Shown: piece after piece, positions 26,012 through 35,223 of the stretch
Layout: every line of letters starts with the position of its first letter
Position numbering within the stretch: the first letter of the stretch is position 1
Source of the DNA: a virus
Length of the DNA: 51,103 bases
Direction: 5' to 3' (one strand)
IMG/VR virus record: IMGVR_UViG_3300045988_112499
Made by a program: the position numbers and the translations under genes
The notes under the pieces: model-generated
What the model was told of the DNA's origin: nothing
Databases searched by the model: none
What the model saw: the letters and a program-made list of their open reading frames with translations, nothing else

Positions 26012-27478
26012 TTATGCTTCTGTTGGTTCGTTAATAAAGAATGAAGCGGCCCGGTCGGATTCGGCTTGCATTTGAGCAAAGTCGGCATCCGGGTCCTTGG
26101 ATAATCGTGCAAGTTTTGCCGAAAGCTTTTGAGAAACAAGCGGTTTTCCACCGTTGGCCGTTGTCCATTTTGTCACTTCGGCTTGATCATCTTCGATCAT
26201 ATACGGGGTGATTTCCGGTTCGATCTGCAACATGTTTGCGTCATTCTGAAGCTTCATGTTAAATTGCCCGACATAGGCTTTTATTACATTGACACGACGT
26301 TGCAAGTATTCGTCAAACACTTCTTGATGATCTGCAACCTTCAAATGTGCATCCATGAACAAAAGCTTCAAAGCAACACCGGAAATTGCGCCAAGACCTT
26401 TTACGGCATCGAATGAAATATCCGGGGTTTGTGTAATGGTGTAGATCATACGAAGCAAGGTTTCGATCTCCAATTTGACCGATTCCGGGGCGTTCTGCCA
26501 AGAAAGGTATTGCGCCGTTGCGCCGTCTTCACCTTCAATGATTGATCCGGTTTCGCCTTTCTTGCTGAACCCTTTGACTTCACCTTGAACGAAGATTTTT
26601 GGCGAAGCATGATAATCGTTGGTATCTGCAAAGTTGGAAAGAAGCTTTTCAAGACGATCAATAAGAACTTGCACGTCGGCCCATTCAACGTGTTCTTGGC
26701 AACCGAAGACAACGGGAATCTTCCCAATCGCAATGTTCTTTGGATAACCTTCTACAAGGTCATATCCATTTGATCCGATTTCCCAAAGGAAGTGTTGCTT
26801 GTCTGTGTATGTCTCAAAGAAAGTATGTGAAACCTTCTTTTCGTCAACCCGAACGAATTCACGGGAAAAGGCAACCATGTCCCCGGATTCATCGAAGTAG
26901 GGGTAAAGCGTATCGCCCAATAACGGGGAAAAGACCGCAACACGCAATTTGAACTTTGACTTGAACCCGTAATCTTCGTTTTCTTTTTCAACCGGATACC
27001 ATAATTCGGCACATTCTGTGCAACTGAAGATGTTGCGGGCGATCTTTCGGTTCAAAGACTTGTCCTTGACGTCAAACAAGATGCGCTTGACTGCCTTTAA
27101 AACTGTTTCTTGTGATTCCCCTTTGGTTTCCGCATTTAGTTCAACGGGATTGCCAAAGATGAAAGCAACGGCCCGTTTAACAATCAGCTTTTGAAGGGAT
27201 AGAGCAATACGGGCGACGGGTTCCCACCGATACCCTGTTTGTTCTTCCCCGTTGACGGCTGTCACCACTGTTGTTGTGTTGTCGTCTTCTGTAAGATCGT
27301 CTTTGTCGATTTTGACTTTTTTGTCTGGACGATTGATCTTGTTGAATACTTCGTGTTGAAGTGGGTCAAGGTCTTTGATTGCACCTTTGGCGTCCGGTAA
27401 TGGAATACCACGTTTTGACTTCAATTCCGTGATAACATCGGTTTGATTGTCTTTTTTGAAAACTTCTTCTATTGTCAT
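26012..27478 (-). CDS. Portal protein
   Basis: 488 aa, directly after the large terminase and before MuF. Confidence 0.8.
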   Translation of the reverse strand: MTIEEVFKKDNQTDVITELKSKRGIPLPDAKGAIKDLDPLQHEVFNKINRPDKKVKIDKDDLTEDDNTTTVVTAVNGEEQTGYRWEPVARIALSLQKLIVKRAVAFIFGNPVELNAETKGESQETVLKAVKRILFDVKDKSLNRKIARNIFSCTECAELWYPVEKENEDYGFKSKFKLRVAVFSPLLGDTLYPYFDESGDMVAFSREFVRVDEKKVSHTFFETYTDKQHFLWEIGSNGYDLVEGYPKNIAIGKIPVVFGCQEHVEWADVQVLIDRLEKLLSNFADTNDYHASPKIFVQGEVKGFSKKGETGSIIEGEDGATAQYLSWQNAPESVKLEIETLLRMIYTITQTPDISFDAVKGLGAISGVALKLLFMDAHLKVADHQEVFDEYLQRRVNVIKAYVGQFNMKLQNDANMLQIEPEITPYMIEDDQAEVTKWTTANGGKPLVSQKLSAKLARLSKDPDADFAQMQAESDRAASFFINEPTEA

Positions 27479-27491
27479 AATTTAAAATTTA

Positions 27492-27510
27492 GTATATCAG
27501 TGTGATATAG
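27492..27510. promoter_or_regulatory. Dispersed palindrome copy 6: G TATATCA GTG TGATATA G
   Basis: 13 nt upstream of the portal ATG at 27478, after the terL stop. Confidence 0.8.
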
Positions 27511-27526
27511 TTTAGGGCATGAAAAA

Positions 27527-29020
27527 TCAAGCAAACAGACCGCCCAAACTCTGTTGCTTGCTTCCTTTTCTCTTTTCGACGGTTCCGGTCAATGCGTCCG
27601 GGGCGTCGTCATGGTCATTCTTTCCGACCTTCATGTAATTTGTTATAGCCTTGTAGAATTCCGGCCACATGTGTTCCCACCCCTTCGGGAAATAGAGCAA
27701 GTTTTGAACGGCCGCCGAATGTTGGTAAATGCGGATAGCCTTGTTATCCTTTTGATGAAACCACTTGATCTTGGTCTTGTTGTTCCCCATGATCCGACAT
27801 TGTGTGCCAACATTACGGGCGAAGCCACGCCCGCCGTTGTTCGATTCGATCACCGCTTCTTGGATATTATGCTTCGATAACATTTCGGCCGTTTTCGGTT
27901 CGGTGTACTCCATTCCCTTTTGCGTATATAAGACATCAAGTACATAGTTCCCGGCTTCCGTTTCGACATAACAGATTGAACACAAGAAGTCTTTCCCTTC
28001 GTCGGCCGTATCCGTGTAGTTCTTGCGGATCATTCGTTTGCAATATGGAATTACTTCATATTCGTTGAAAGGATTTTCATACATCAAGCCTTCAACGGGT
28101 TTCGGGTCTTGCTGATAAAGGGATTCAAATACATGCGGGTTTCGCTTTCTTGTAGACTGAAGCTTCGCAAGGTTGTGTCTTTCGGGCCAAAGGGCTTCAC
28201 CTTCTTCACGGGGATCATATTCACTTGGCGCACCAACTTTGATTGCTTGGTACACGACGACAACCCAACCGTCGGGATTGTCTTCAGAGTAACGCCCTTG
28301 TTGTTCCAATAGCCGCCCGGCCAAATCATGCTCGTGCCAACGGGTGAACACGATCAATTGTTGGCTATCATTGTGAAGGCGGGTTTCTGCAACTGTGTCG
28401 TACCAATCTTCAATTGCTTCACGGACAACCGGGGACCAAGCGGATTTGGCATCTTTGTAAATATCGTCCATGATCAGCATGTCAACGGGTTCGCCTGTCA
28501 ACGGACCGCCGACACCAACGGTCTTGACCGAACCACGGCGGCCGACAATTTCAAATTCATCGGCATTTCTTAACCACGATCCGGCAATGGTTGTCACATT
28601 GGAAGAATTCAAGCACGTGTCGGGGAATATTTCGTGATATTCCGGTGAATCAATCACCCTTTGGATTTCACGGTTGAACTTTCGGGCCTTCGGTGCATTA
28701 TAGGAAACAACGGCGATCTTTGTATCCGGCTTCCTTCCCAATACATAAGAAGGCAAACGCCGGGTTGATCCTTCCGATTTACCATGTTGCGGGGGCATGA
28801 AGACCATTAGTTTTTTGATCTTGCCTTCCGCAAAGTCGTTCAGAACTTTGTAATAACGTCTATGAAAGTCGGCGGGCTTGAAAGTCTGCATTGTTGAAGA
28901 CGTAAACGACAAAAGGTTAGTCCGGCTTTGCCGAATCAACCTTTCACGTAAAGCCTTGAAGTATTGCAACTTCTCCCTTCGTGATACTCTATTGCCTTTA
29001 TTTGCTTTTGCTGCTTTCAT
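27527..29020 (-). CDS. terL: Terminase large subunit
   Basis: Walker A-like PPQHGKSE, Walker B-like VDMLIMDDIY; 497 aa. Confidence 0.9.
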   Translation of the reverse strand: MKAAKANKGNRVSRREKLQYFKALRERLIRQSRTNLLSFTSSTMQTFKPADFHRRYYKVLNDFAEGKIKKLMVFMPPQHGKSEGSTRRLPSYVLGRKPDTKIAVVSYNAPKARKFNREIQRVIDSPEYHEIFPDTCLNSSNVTTIAGSWLRNADEFEIVGRRGSVKTVGVGGPLTGEPVDMLIMDDIYKDAKSAWSPVVREAIEDWYDTVAETRLHNDSQQLIVFTRWHEHDLAGRLLEQQGRYSEDNPDGWVVVVYQAIKVGAPSEYDPREEGEALWPERHNLAKLQSTRKRNPHVFESLYQQDPKPVEGLMYENPFNEYEVIPYCKRMIRKNYTDTADEGKDFLCSICYVETEAGNYVLDVLYTQKGMEYTEPKTAEMLSKHNIQEAVIESNNGGRGFARNVGTQCRIMGNNKTKIKWFHQKDNKAIRIYQHSAAVQNLLYFPKGWEHMWPEFYKAITNYMKVGKNDHDDAPDALTGTVEKRKGSKQQSLGGLFA

Positions 29021-29547
29021 TTACCGTTTGCAAGTCTCCTTTCTATGTCTGCGATTTTTGCGTCCAATTCTTCATCCGTAAGATTTCCGAATAAGTCTTT
29101 CCCGTCTTTTCCGGTGACTTCGGCCGATTGACGATTCTTGAAGTTGTCCGGGTCCCCGTTTGTAAGGGTGAATATGATTGCGGCCGTGTCCGGCTGAATG
29201 TGCTTTTTGATGATCGTTTGTTCTTTAACTTTAGGCTTTACCACCTTCTTACCTGTCTTTGGGTCAATTTCGGATTCCTTGGAATCAACATACACCGTTT
29301 TACTTTCGTCAACGGTGTAGCCTTGAATCTTCTTCAACAAAGACTTCTTTGCTTCAGTGACAAAGAATTCCATTCTTGCGGCTTCTGCCTTTTTTATGCA
29401 CTCCGAAAACTCCGGTTTGCTTGCCTTCCATTCATGAAACGTGCTTTCGGAAATACCGGAAAGGCGGCAAACTTCAGCTATTGTGTAGCTATCGGCCCGG
29501 ATAAGGGAACATATCGTTTCAACGATCTTTGTGTTATACTTTGCCAT
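29017..29547 (-). CDS. terS: Terminase small subunit (HTH)
   Basis: N-terminal HTH (YTIAEVCRLSGISESTFHEW); 4-nt overlap with terL. Confidence 0.6.
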   Translation of the reverse strand: MAKYNTKIVETICSLIRADSYTIAEVCRLSGISESTFHEWKASKPEFSECIKKAEAARMEFFVTEAKKSLLKKIQGYTVDESKTVYVDSKESEIDPKTGKKVVKPKVKEQTIIKKHIQPDTAAIIFTLTNGDPDNFKNRQSAEVTGKDGKDLFGNLTDEELDAKIADIERRLANGK

Positions 29548-29551
29548 TGTT

Positions 29552-30112
29552 TTACTCTTTTAGTTCACATTTGAAGCCCCGGTCTTGCAGTTCGGAAAAG
29601 AGCATTGATAGTTTAGCAACGTCGCCACATTCCACGATCAAGCGGGTGTCGATCACTTTCTTTTCTTCTTCCGGTTCTTCTTCTTCATCCGGCTGAACTT
29701 CAAATTCGGGGATTCCCCAATCAACCGGGTCGATTTCCCATTCTTTTGCGATTTGCTGAACGTTTTCTTCATCCCATTCAATATTGGCTTTGGCTGAAGC
29801 ATTATCGGCAATAGCCAATTCCCGGCCAAATTTTGAATCAAGATCAACATCGGTTCTTTTCACTGCGACAATCTGATCCCCGGTTGTTTCAACGACAATC
29901 ACATTTTCAAGGCCAATTGCGGCCGCATTTTCGACGGTTTTGTTTCCGGCGATAATTCGGTTGTTCTTATCCAAAAGAATTGAACGTCCGGCCCCAAATT
30001 GGCGTAGGGACGTTTCGACAAGGTGTTGTCCGTATTCGGTTCCTTTGTTGGCGTTGATGTTGTCCGGGATCAACTTGTCAATCTTGGTTTCGGTGATCTT
30101 GTTTGTTTTCAT
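29552..30112 (-). CDS. ParB-like nuclease domain protein
   Basis: N-terminal ParB/Srx-like region (GAGRSILLDKNNRIIAGNKTVENA), acidic C-terminus. Confidence 0.6.
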   Translation of the reverse strand: MKTNKITETKIDKLIPDNINANKGTEYGQHLVETSLRQFGAGRSILLDKNNRIIAGNKTVENAAAIGLENVIVVETTGDQIVAVKRTDVDLDSKFGRELAIADNASAKANIEWDEENVQQIAKEWEIDPVDWGIPEFEVQPDEEEEPEEEKKVIDTRLIVECGDVAKLSMLFSELQDRGFKCELKE

Positions 30113-30627
30113 AGCTTGAAAAGTGAATGGATAAAGGGTGAAAGAAAAAAGAATGTCAATGCAAAGGCTATCAATGCGCCGATAACAGTGAACACAAAAT
30201 CAAGCAATTCGACACAACCATGTCCCCGGCTGTCTCGATATTCCTTTGCGGCCCCGGAACAAACACCAAGAGCAAAACCAAGCCAAGGGAACCACAACCC
30301 GAAGACAAGAGAAATGATAAATCCTGCAAGGGTGTGAAGGCGTTTATCTTTGGTAAAAATTGAAAGGACCTTTTCTTTGATTGAAGGTTGATTGAAAACG
30401 GTTTTTGATCCGTCGATCCAAACCGGGGGTTGAGTATTGCCGGAACGAACCGACAACCAAACGTTCCCAAATAGAAGAATTGAAAGACGTTCTTTGATTG
30501 AAGGCTTCCAACATGAAATGCACTGTTTCCCGTCATTCCACACTGACAAAGACGAACATTCTTCATTTGTCATGTCTTCGGGCTTCTGAAGCACTTTTGT
30601 TGCTTCTTTGAAATTCTTTGGTTTCAT
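30109..30627 (-). CDS. Membrane protein
   Basis: C-terminal hydrophobic helices (LAGFIISLVFGLWFPWLGFALGV, VIGALIAFALTFFFL). Confidence 0.45.
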   Translation of the reverse strand: MKPKNFKEATKVLQKPEDMTNEECSSLSVWNDGKQCISCWKPSIKERLSILLFGNVWLSVRSGNTQPPVWIDGSKTVFNQPSIKEKVLSIFTKDKRLHTLAGFIISLVFGLWFPWLGFALGVCSGAAKEYRDSRGHGCVELLDFVFTVIGALIAFALTFFFLSPFIHSLFKL

Positions 30628-30670
30628 ATCGTTGATTATTAGCGTTAATAATCTGCGAAAATAAAGAAAG

Positions 30671-30689
30671 GTATATCACACTGATATAC
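30671..30689. promoter_or_regulatory. Dispersed palindrome copy 7: G TATATCA CAC TGATATA C
   Basis: 43 nt upstream of the ATG at 30627; exact reverse complement of the copy 1 core. Confidence 0.8.
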
Positions 30690-30720
30690 CTTTCGGCGAA
30701 AAGATATGAAACATTTATCC

Positions 30721-31209
30721 TTATACCTTCATGCGAATCGGAAATCCGGCAAAGTTCCAAGCAAGAAGGGCGGCGTCCCTTGCATCTTGATTCGTTCGTT
30801 TTTTGATCCCGGTGAAGTACGCCAATTCTTCATGGGTGATTTTCCCTTCTTTCCCTTTCCAATGCTTTTTCAAAGGGAAATGCGGCAAGACCTCAATTCT
30901 ATAATGCTTGCACATTTCAATGATTTTTCGTCCGGTTTCATGGTTGGACCCAACGTTCTTTGCTATCTTTTCAGCCCGGCGGCCTTGGTAGTTATGATAA
31001 TTACTTTTTCCGACAAGCCAACCCGCTTCAACGAGAACAATCAAAGATTCCCCGTTTTTGGCGCAACCTTCTTTTACACATTGCAGATAATCCAATAATT
31101 CGGGGAAAGGAAGGGTTTGAATATTGAATGATCTTGTCTTTGTGTCTAAGCGGGCGACGCCGGATTCTTCCGTGTCCGGGTCAATTGCTATGATTATATC
31201 ATACTTCAT
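30721..31209 (-). CDS. RuvC-like Holliday junction resolvase
   Basis: IIIAIDPD, VLVEAGW and NQDARDAALLAW match the RuvC-fold acidic catalytic motifs. Confidence 0.6.
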   Translation of the reverse strand: MKYDIIIAIDPDTEESGVARLDTKTRSFNIQTLPFPELLDYLQCVKEGCAKNGESLIVLVEAGWLVGKSNYHNYQGRRAEKIAKNVGSNHETGRKIIEMCKHYRIEVLPHFPLKKHWKGKEGKITHEELAYFTGIKKRTNQDARDAALLAWNFAGFPIRMKV

Positions 31210-31221
31210 TGTCTGATCGTC

Positions 31222-31635
31222 TTAGAATGGTAGATCATCGGCCGGGTTATCACTTGATGTTGGAGTAGGGGCCGCCGTTGAATTACTTTGCGCCGGGGCT
31301 GCCTGTTGGTTCCCTTCTCCTTTCATTCCACAAAGAAATACTTCACTTGCTTCTACATTGATCGCAATTTGTTTGTTTCCGGCCTTATCGTCATACATCT
31401 TCACGTCTTCCCGGCCATGAACAAAGACTTTGACCCCGGATTTCAAAAGGGGAAAGACATTTCCACCTTCACCGTACCAAAGAACGGAAATCCAAACGGG
31501 GACTTTTACTTTGTTTCCTTGACTGTCTTTTGTGAATTTTTCGTGTGCAACTGAAAAGGCTACATACTTTTTGCCGTTAAATTCTCTGATAACGGCATCG
31601 GAACCAAGGTTTCCAATAACTTGAACATTTAGCAT
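31222..31635 (-). CDS. ssb: Single-stranded DNA-binding protein
   Basis: OB-fold N-terminus (VQVIGNLGSDAV), low-complexity linker, acidic tip DDLPF. Confidence 0.85.
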   Translation of the reverse strand: MLNVQVIGNLGSDAVIREFNGKKYVAFSVAHEKFTKDSQGNKVKVPVWISVLWYGEGGNVFPLLKSGVKVFVHGREDVKMYDDKAGNKQIAINVEASEVFLCGMKGEGNQQAAPAQSNSTAAPTPTSSDNPADDLPF

Positions 31636-31829
31636 AACTGTTTTAATTTAATGATTTCTAATTTGTTAGTTTCTTTATTGATCTTTGCGACATACACAAG
31701 TGTTGCGCATGTATCCGGCCCAACTGCAAGATCAACGTAAATTTTTCGTCGGGCCAATCTTTGATTAACTTTTCGTAAAAGCCGGATCGCAAACTTTCGG
31801 GCACGCTTTTCAATCTTTTCCTTTCTCAT
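31629..31829 (-). CDS. Possible small basic protein
   Basis: Internal ATG of track ORF 31629..32057 (MRKEKIEKRARKF...); fills an otherwise empty gap. Confidence 0.25.
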   Translation of the reverse strand: MRKEKIEKRARKFAIRLLRKVNQRLARRKIYVDLAVGPDTCATLVYVAKINKETNKLEIIKLKQLC

Positions 31830-32079
31830 AGAATTGCGGGTATTTATTGCGCAAGATTGAATCAGCCTTGAACATCGCTTCTTCTGAAGCTTTTTCAAAT
31901 GCTTCTCCGAAGCGGTTGTCACGTTTTGGACCAATACTTCTTGGCAATGGTGAAACTTCTGAAATGTGTCTTTCCTTCCCGGTTGTAAGAAGGAAAGATC
32001 GGTTGTCGTTGTAGTGATAACTTTTGCAACTGCAAAGCAAAAGCAATGCAAATGCAATGCAATAGAATACTTTTTTCAT
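31810..32079 (-). CDS. Small lipoprotein
   Basis: MKKVFYCIAFALLLLCSC signal with a lipobox-like LLCSC. Confidence 0.5.
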   Translation of the reverse strand: MKKVFYCIAFALLLLCSCKSYHYNDNRSFLLTTGKERHISEVSPLPRSIGPKRDNRFGEAFEKASEEAMFKADSILRNKYPQFYEKGKD

Positions 32080-32333
32080 TTTCTTGGTGTCTCCATTTTT
32101 TTGATAATTTGTTTAAACTCTTTGTTACTCATATTGTTAGGAACGAATTGTTCTTTGACGCAATTAAAAGGGCGAATATGATATTTCAATACTTCCTTTG
32201 CTTCTTCCCTTGCTTTTTCCGCACACATTTCAATGTATTCTTCATCGGTCATGTTGTAGTCGGTGATTGTATCAACGACGGAAGAAAAGCGGCATAAAAG
32301 GCCGTTTGGCTGTCTTGCAATAAAACTTCCCAT
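32076..32333 (-). CDS. Hypothetical protein
   Basis: 85-aa ORF, 4-nt overlap with the downstream gene. Confidence 0.4.
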   Translation of the reverse strand: MGSFIARQPNGLLCRFSSVVDTITDYNMTDEEYIEMCAEKAREEAKEVLKYHIRPFNCVKEQFVPNNMSNKEFKQIIKKMETPRK

Positions 32334-32338
32334 GATTT

Positions 32339-32674
32339 TTATAATTTACAATAGAATCGCCTGTATCTAAACGCTTGTAGAAGTGTCTCAATATCGTATA
32401 TTTTGAAAGGTTTTAATAACTCCTTTAATTGTTTTTCAATCGCATCTTCGGGAAGATAGCCCGTTTCAATATCAAAGACAATCCTAAATCGGTTATCAGT
32501 ATTTGCACCGATGATGAACCCGCTTTTTGAACATACGTTGAATGACATTTCGATAGTTTCGATATATGAACTATCGGCATGGCCTTCACACCCTAAAATC
32601 TTGATTTTATCAAGTCTTATCATGTCAATTGGATTCATCCTTTCGCTATCATAGAATGTGCTTCTTATTTTCAT
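32339..32674 (-). CDS. Hypothetical protein
   Basis: ATG at 32674 (the track start is TTG). Confidence 0.4.
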   Translation of the reverse strand: MKIRSTFYDSERMNPIDMIRLDKIKILGCEGHADSSYIETIEMSFNVCSKSGFIIGANTDNRFRIVFDIETGYLPEDAIEKQLKELLKPFKIYDIETLLQAFRYRRFYCKL

Positions 32675-32690
32675 ATACGTTATTGTTACG

Positions 32691-32933
32691 TTAATCAAGT
32701 TGTTTGTAACTAAATGCGGGCAATTTTTTAGGCTTTGGGCATTCTTTTATGTAGGTTCTATCGTTTGTAATAACATCCCGAAAAATGCTTTTCTTTAATG
32801 CTTTCTTTATCTTTCTCGGAAGTCTTATTAATTTTTTATATCCGTATACGCCGCCTTCATTAGTCCACATATTGAAATTTATTCTTAAACTTGCGTATAT
32901 TGCTGATTTGTTTTGAAATTCAATTTCATTCAT
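32691..32933 (-). CDS. Hypothetical protein
   Basis: 80-aa ORF with an ATG start. Confidence 0.4.
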   Translation of the reverse strand: MNEIEFQNKSAIYASLRINFNMWTNEGGVYGYKKLIRLPRKIKKALKKSIFRDVITNDRTYIKECPKPKKLPAFSYKQLD

Positions 32934-32952
32934 TTCTAATTTATGTTGAATG

Positions 32953-33258
32953 TTATTTATTCAGTTCGTCAATAAACGTTGTTGTATGCCAACATTTTAG
33001 ACATCTTCCGTCTTTCCCTGTCTCTTTAACCATGCAAATACAAGGACATGTTTCTATATGGGCTTTAATAGCTTTTTGTATCTTCTTTTCTTCCGCATCT
33101 TTGACAAATGCCGCCGTAGCTTTTTCCCATGTACATTTCACTTCTTCACGTGCCATATTTACGGCCGTTAGTGCTATTTCAGAAAATACAACGGTTTGAT
33201 TTCCTGTTACTTCTATATCAGTAAGTGAATTGTTTTTGATTAAATCTTCTGCTGTCAT
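32953..33258 (-). CDS. Hypothetical Cys-rich protein
   Basis: ATG at 33258; CPCICMV...CLKCWH cysteine cluster. Confidence 0.4.
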   Translation of the reverse strand: MTAEDLIKNNSLTDIEVTGNQTVVFSEIALTAVNMAREEVKCTWEKATAAFVKDAEEKKIQKAIKAHIETCPCICMVKETGKDGRCLKCWHTTTFIDELNK

Positions 33259-33262
33259 AATC

Positions 33263-34153
33263 TTAATATTTAAAATTTTCAAACTTACAACTTTTAAAAA
33301 TTTGTCTTTTGTTTACCCACCAAGCGAAATGTCTTTGGTCATTGGTGGGCGGTTGATTTGTGTCTAAATCTCTGTAAGGCATTGCGAAAGGAACACAACC
33401 CAATGAATCAAGATATAAAGCCCGTTTTTCAGCATCTTCGATTTGTCCGTCTTTCACAAGCATATAAAAGAAAAGTTTATAGCTTGGGATTCCGGCTTCT
33501 TTCAAATATGCGATTGCGGTTGTGACTTCATCGGTTATTGCTGAATGATCATAAGCCATTCGCAAATATCGTTTCCATTTGACATGCGAAAGTAAGTGAG
33601 CGATATTCTTATCTTTTGCAATAATACGGCAATCAAGACCTTGGTTAAAATCAACTTTCACATTTAAAGAAATGATCTTTTCGATTTGATTCAATCCCCA
33701 ATCCGACGCAATTACATTGTTATCCATTAGTGTAGCCGATTGACGCCCGCTTAAAAACTCGGTAATGTCGGCATGTTTCCGAATAAAACCTTCCTTTCGG
33801 GGCACAATACAAAAACTACATTGATTGACGCATCCCCTTGTTAAGAACCCGTAGGCATCATTATACATTGGATAAAGTGAATAATCCGGGCAAATGTGCT
33901 CAACTTCATTTGGCAAAGTCTGATCATACATTTTGTAACCGGACCCACCTTTAACAACTTCATCCGCTTGAATGACACGTAGATCGTCGGGCGTGAAAGC
34001 AAAAACTTTACTCATGTAAACACGATCATAGTGTTCAATCCCGGAATACCATTCAACCGAATCACCTTCCCTTTTATGCCATGAAGATAGTTTCATCAAT
34101 GCAAGATTGGGAAAGTTATGTCCGTCAACGTCGATCAGCCCAATTTTTGACAT
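33263..34153 (-). CDS. Radical SAM enzyme (type B)
   Basis: CVNQCSFC = CxxxCxxC cluster motif; 296 aa. Confidence 0.7.
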   Translation of the reverse strand: MSKIGLIDVDGHNFPNLALMKLSSWHKREGDSVEWYSGIEHYDRVYMSKVFAFTPDDLRVIQADEVVKGGSGYKMYDQTLPNEVEHICPDYSLYPMYNDAYGFLTRGCVNQCSFCIVPRKEGFIRKHADITEFLSGRQSATLMDNNVIASDWGLNQIEKIISLNVKVDFNQGLDCRIIAKDKNIAHLLSHVKWKRYLRMAYDHSAITDEVTTAIAYLKEAGIPSYKLFFYMLVKDGQIEDAEKRALYLDSLGCVPFAMPYRDLDTNQPPTNDQRHFAWWVNKRQIFKSCKFENFKY

Positions 34154-34165
34154 TTTATTTTGCTT

Positions 34166-35008
34166 TTAAATTTTGAAAAGATTGTAGTTAGAAGAAACAC
34201 AATTGCCGGGTAAATCTTCCCGGTTGATCCCGGCCTGTTTCAACAATGTGTCTTTGAAGTAAAATCGGCTAAACGGAAACATTAGTGTTGTCATTTCGAC
34301 GAAACATTCAAGGTCTTGTTTAGGATAACGTTTGCCGGACAATAGGCCAACTTTATATAAGTCGCATATACCATTTGTCAAATTCATCATTGCAAGACTT
34401 TGGGGAATATCAATCACGGGTTCAATGCTCGCCCAAGTTTTGAAGCCAAGATCGTGAAGGTCTTTCATCATTTGAATTCTTTCCATATTAGAAGCCGCAC
34501 CGGGTTCAAGATCGTCGCTTCCGGTAAGGGTGAACCCAAAAGCAATTGATTCTTTATAAGCCACGAAACGAATGTTGTCAAATGTTGCATTACATATTGG
34601 CCCGTAGGTGACATTTCCAAAGATACTATTGAAAAAGTCCGTTCGCTTTGTAAGAATCGTCACATTGACATTGTTTTGCACACAAATCGCAATTGCTTCT
34701 TTGGTCAATTCAATGGTTTCGGGCAACATTGGATCAGTTGTGAACGAAAAGAATAATCCGTTTTTCTGAAGGTCTTCCAAATTCTGTTGAAGTTCTTTTT
34801 TGAACACTTCTTTTGCGTGATCAACGTCTTTGAAACATTTCTTCAATTCCGGGTGATCAATACCAAGGACCTTTGCGCCGATCCCTTTTTTCAAATAACA
34901 ATATTCGCAACCGTTGGAACACCCAACAAAGAAGTTACAAGCATAAGTTGCATATTCTCCGGCTTTCCCCGTAGGGCAATAAATTGCTTTTCCACTAAAT
35001 TTATTCAT
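34166..35008 (-). CDS. Radical SAM enzyme, SplB/COG1533-like
   Basis: GCSNGCEYCY = CxxxCxxC followed by Y; FSFTTDP and ILTKR resemble COG1533 blocks. Confidence 0.65.
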   Translation of the reverse strand: MNKFSGKAIYCPTGKAGEYATYACNFFVGCSNGCEYCYLKKGIGAKVLGIDHPELKKCFKDVDHAKEVFKKELQQNLEDLQKNGLFFSFTTDPMLPETIELTKEAIAICVQNNVNVTILTKRTDFFNSIFGNVTYGPICNATFDNIRFVAYKESIAFGFTLTGSDDLEPGAASNMERIQMMKDLHDLGFKTWASIEPVIDIPQSLAMMNLTNGICDLYKVGLLSGKRYPKQDLECFVEMTTLMFPFSRFYFKDTLLKQAGINREDLPGNCVSSNYNLFKI

Positions 35009-35013
35009 GATAT

Positions 35014-35211
35014 TTATTCTGACTTTATTACTATATGATTACTTACTTTCGGTTCAATAATGATTCGACCGTCTGAAGCATAAACTTCTAAATCTCCAAA
35101 CTGATCTAAACAAATACGATATTGATTCCCTTTCCCGTCAAAGACATAGACCCCGTTTCTTGCTTCTTGCGTTTCGGGTTCGGAATTAAATTCAATTGCT
35201 TGTATCTTCAT
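35014..35211 (-). CDS. Hypothetical small protein
   Basis: 65-aa ORF tightly packed. Confidence 0.4.
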   Translation of the reverse strand: MKIQAIEFNSEPETQEARNGVYVFDGKGNQYRICLDQFGDLEVYASDGRIIIEPKVSNHIVIKSE

Positions 35212-35223
35212 AAATAGTTGATT

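Noticed and set aside
25148-27012. Same-strand overlapping ORFs within the MuF and portal genes (25148..25486, 26313..26501, 26446..26733, 26752..27012)
   Set aside because: They lie entirely inside longer ORFs with recognisable family features. Their translations are Arg/Ser/Cys-rich, as is typical of off-frame reading.
32048-32062. TGCAATGCA motif copy inside the lipoprotein gene, read as a regulatory site
   Set aside because: It encodes part of the signal peptide (YCIAFAL), and the 15/16 match may be a by-product of codon usage. It is mentioned in the findings but not counted as firm evidence.
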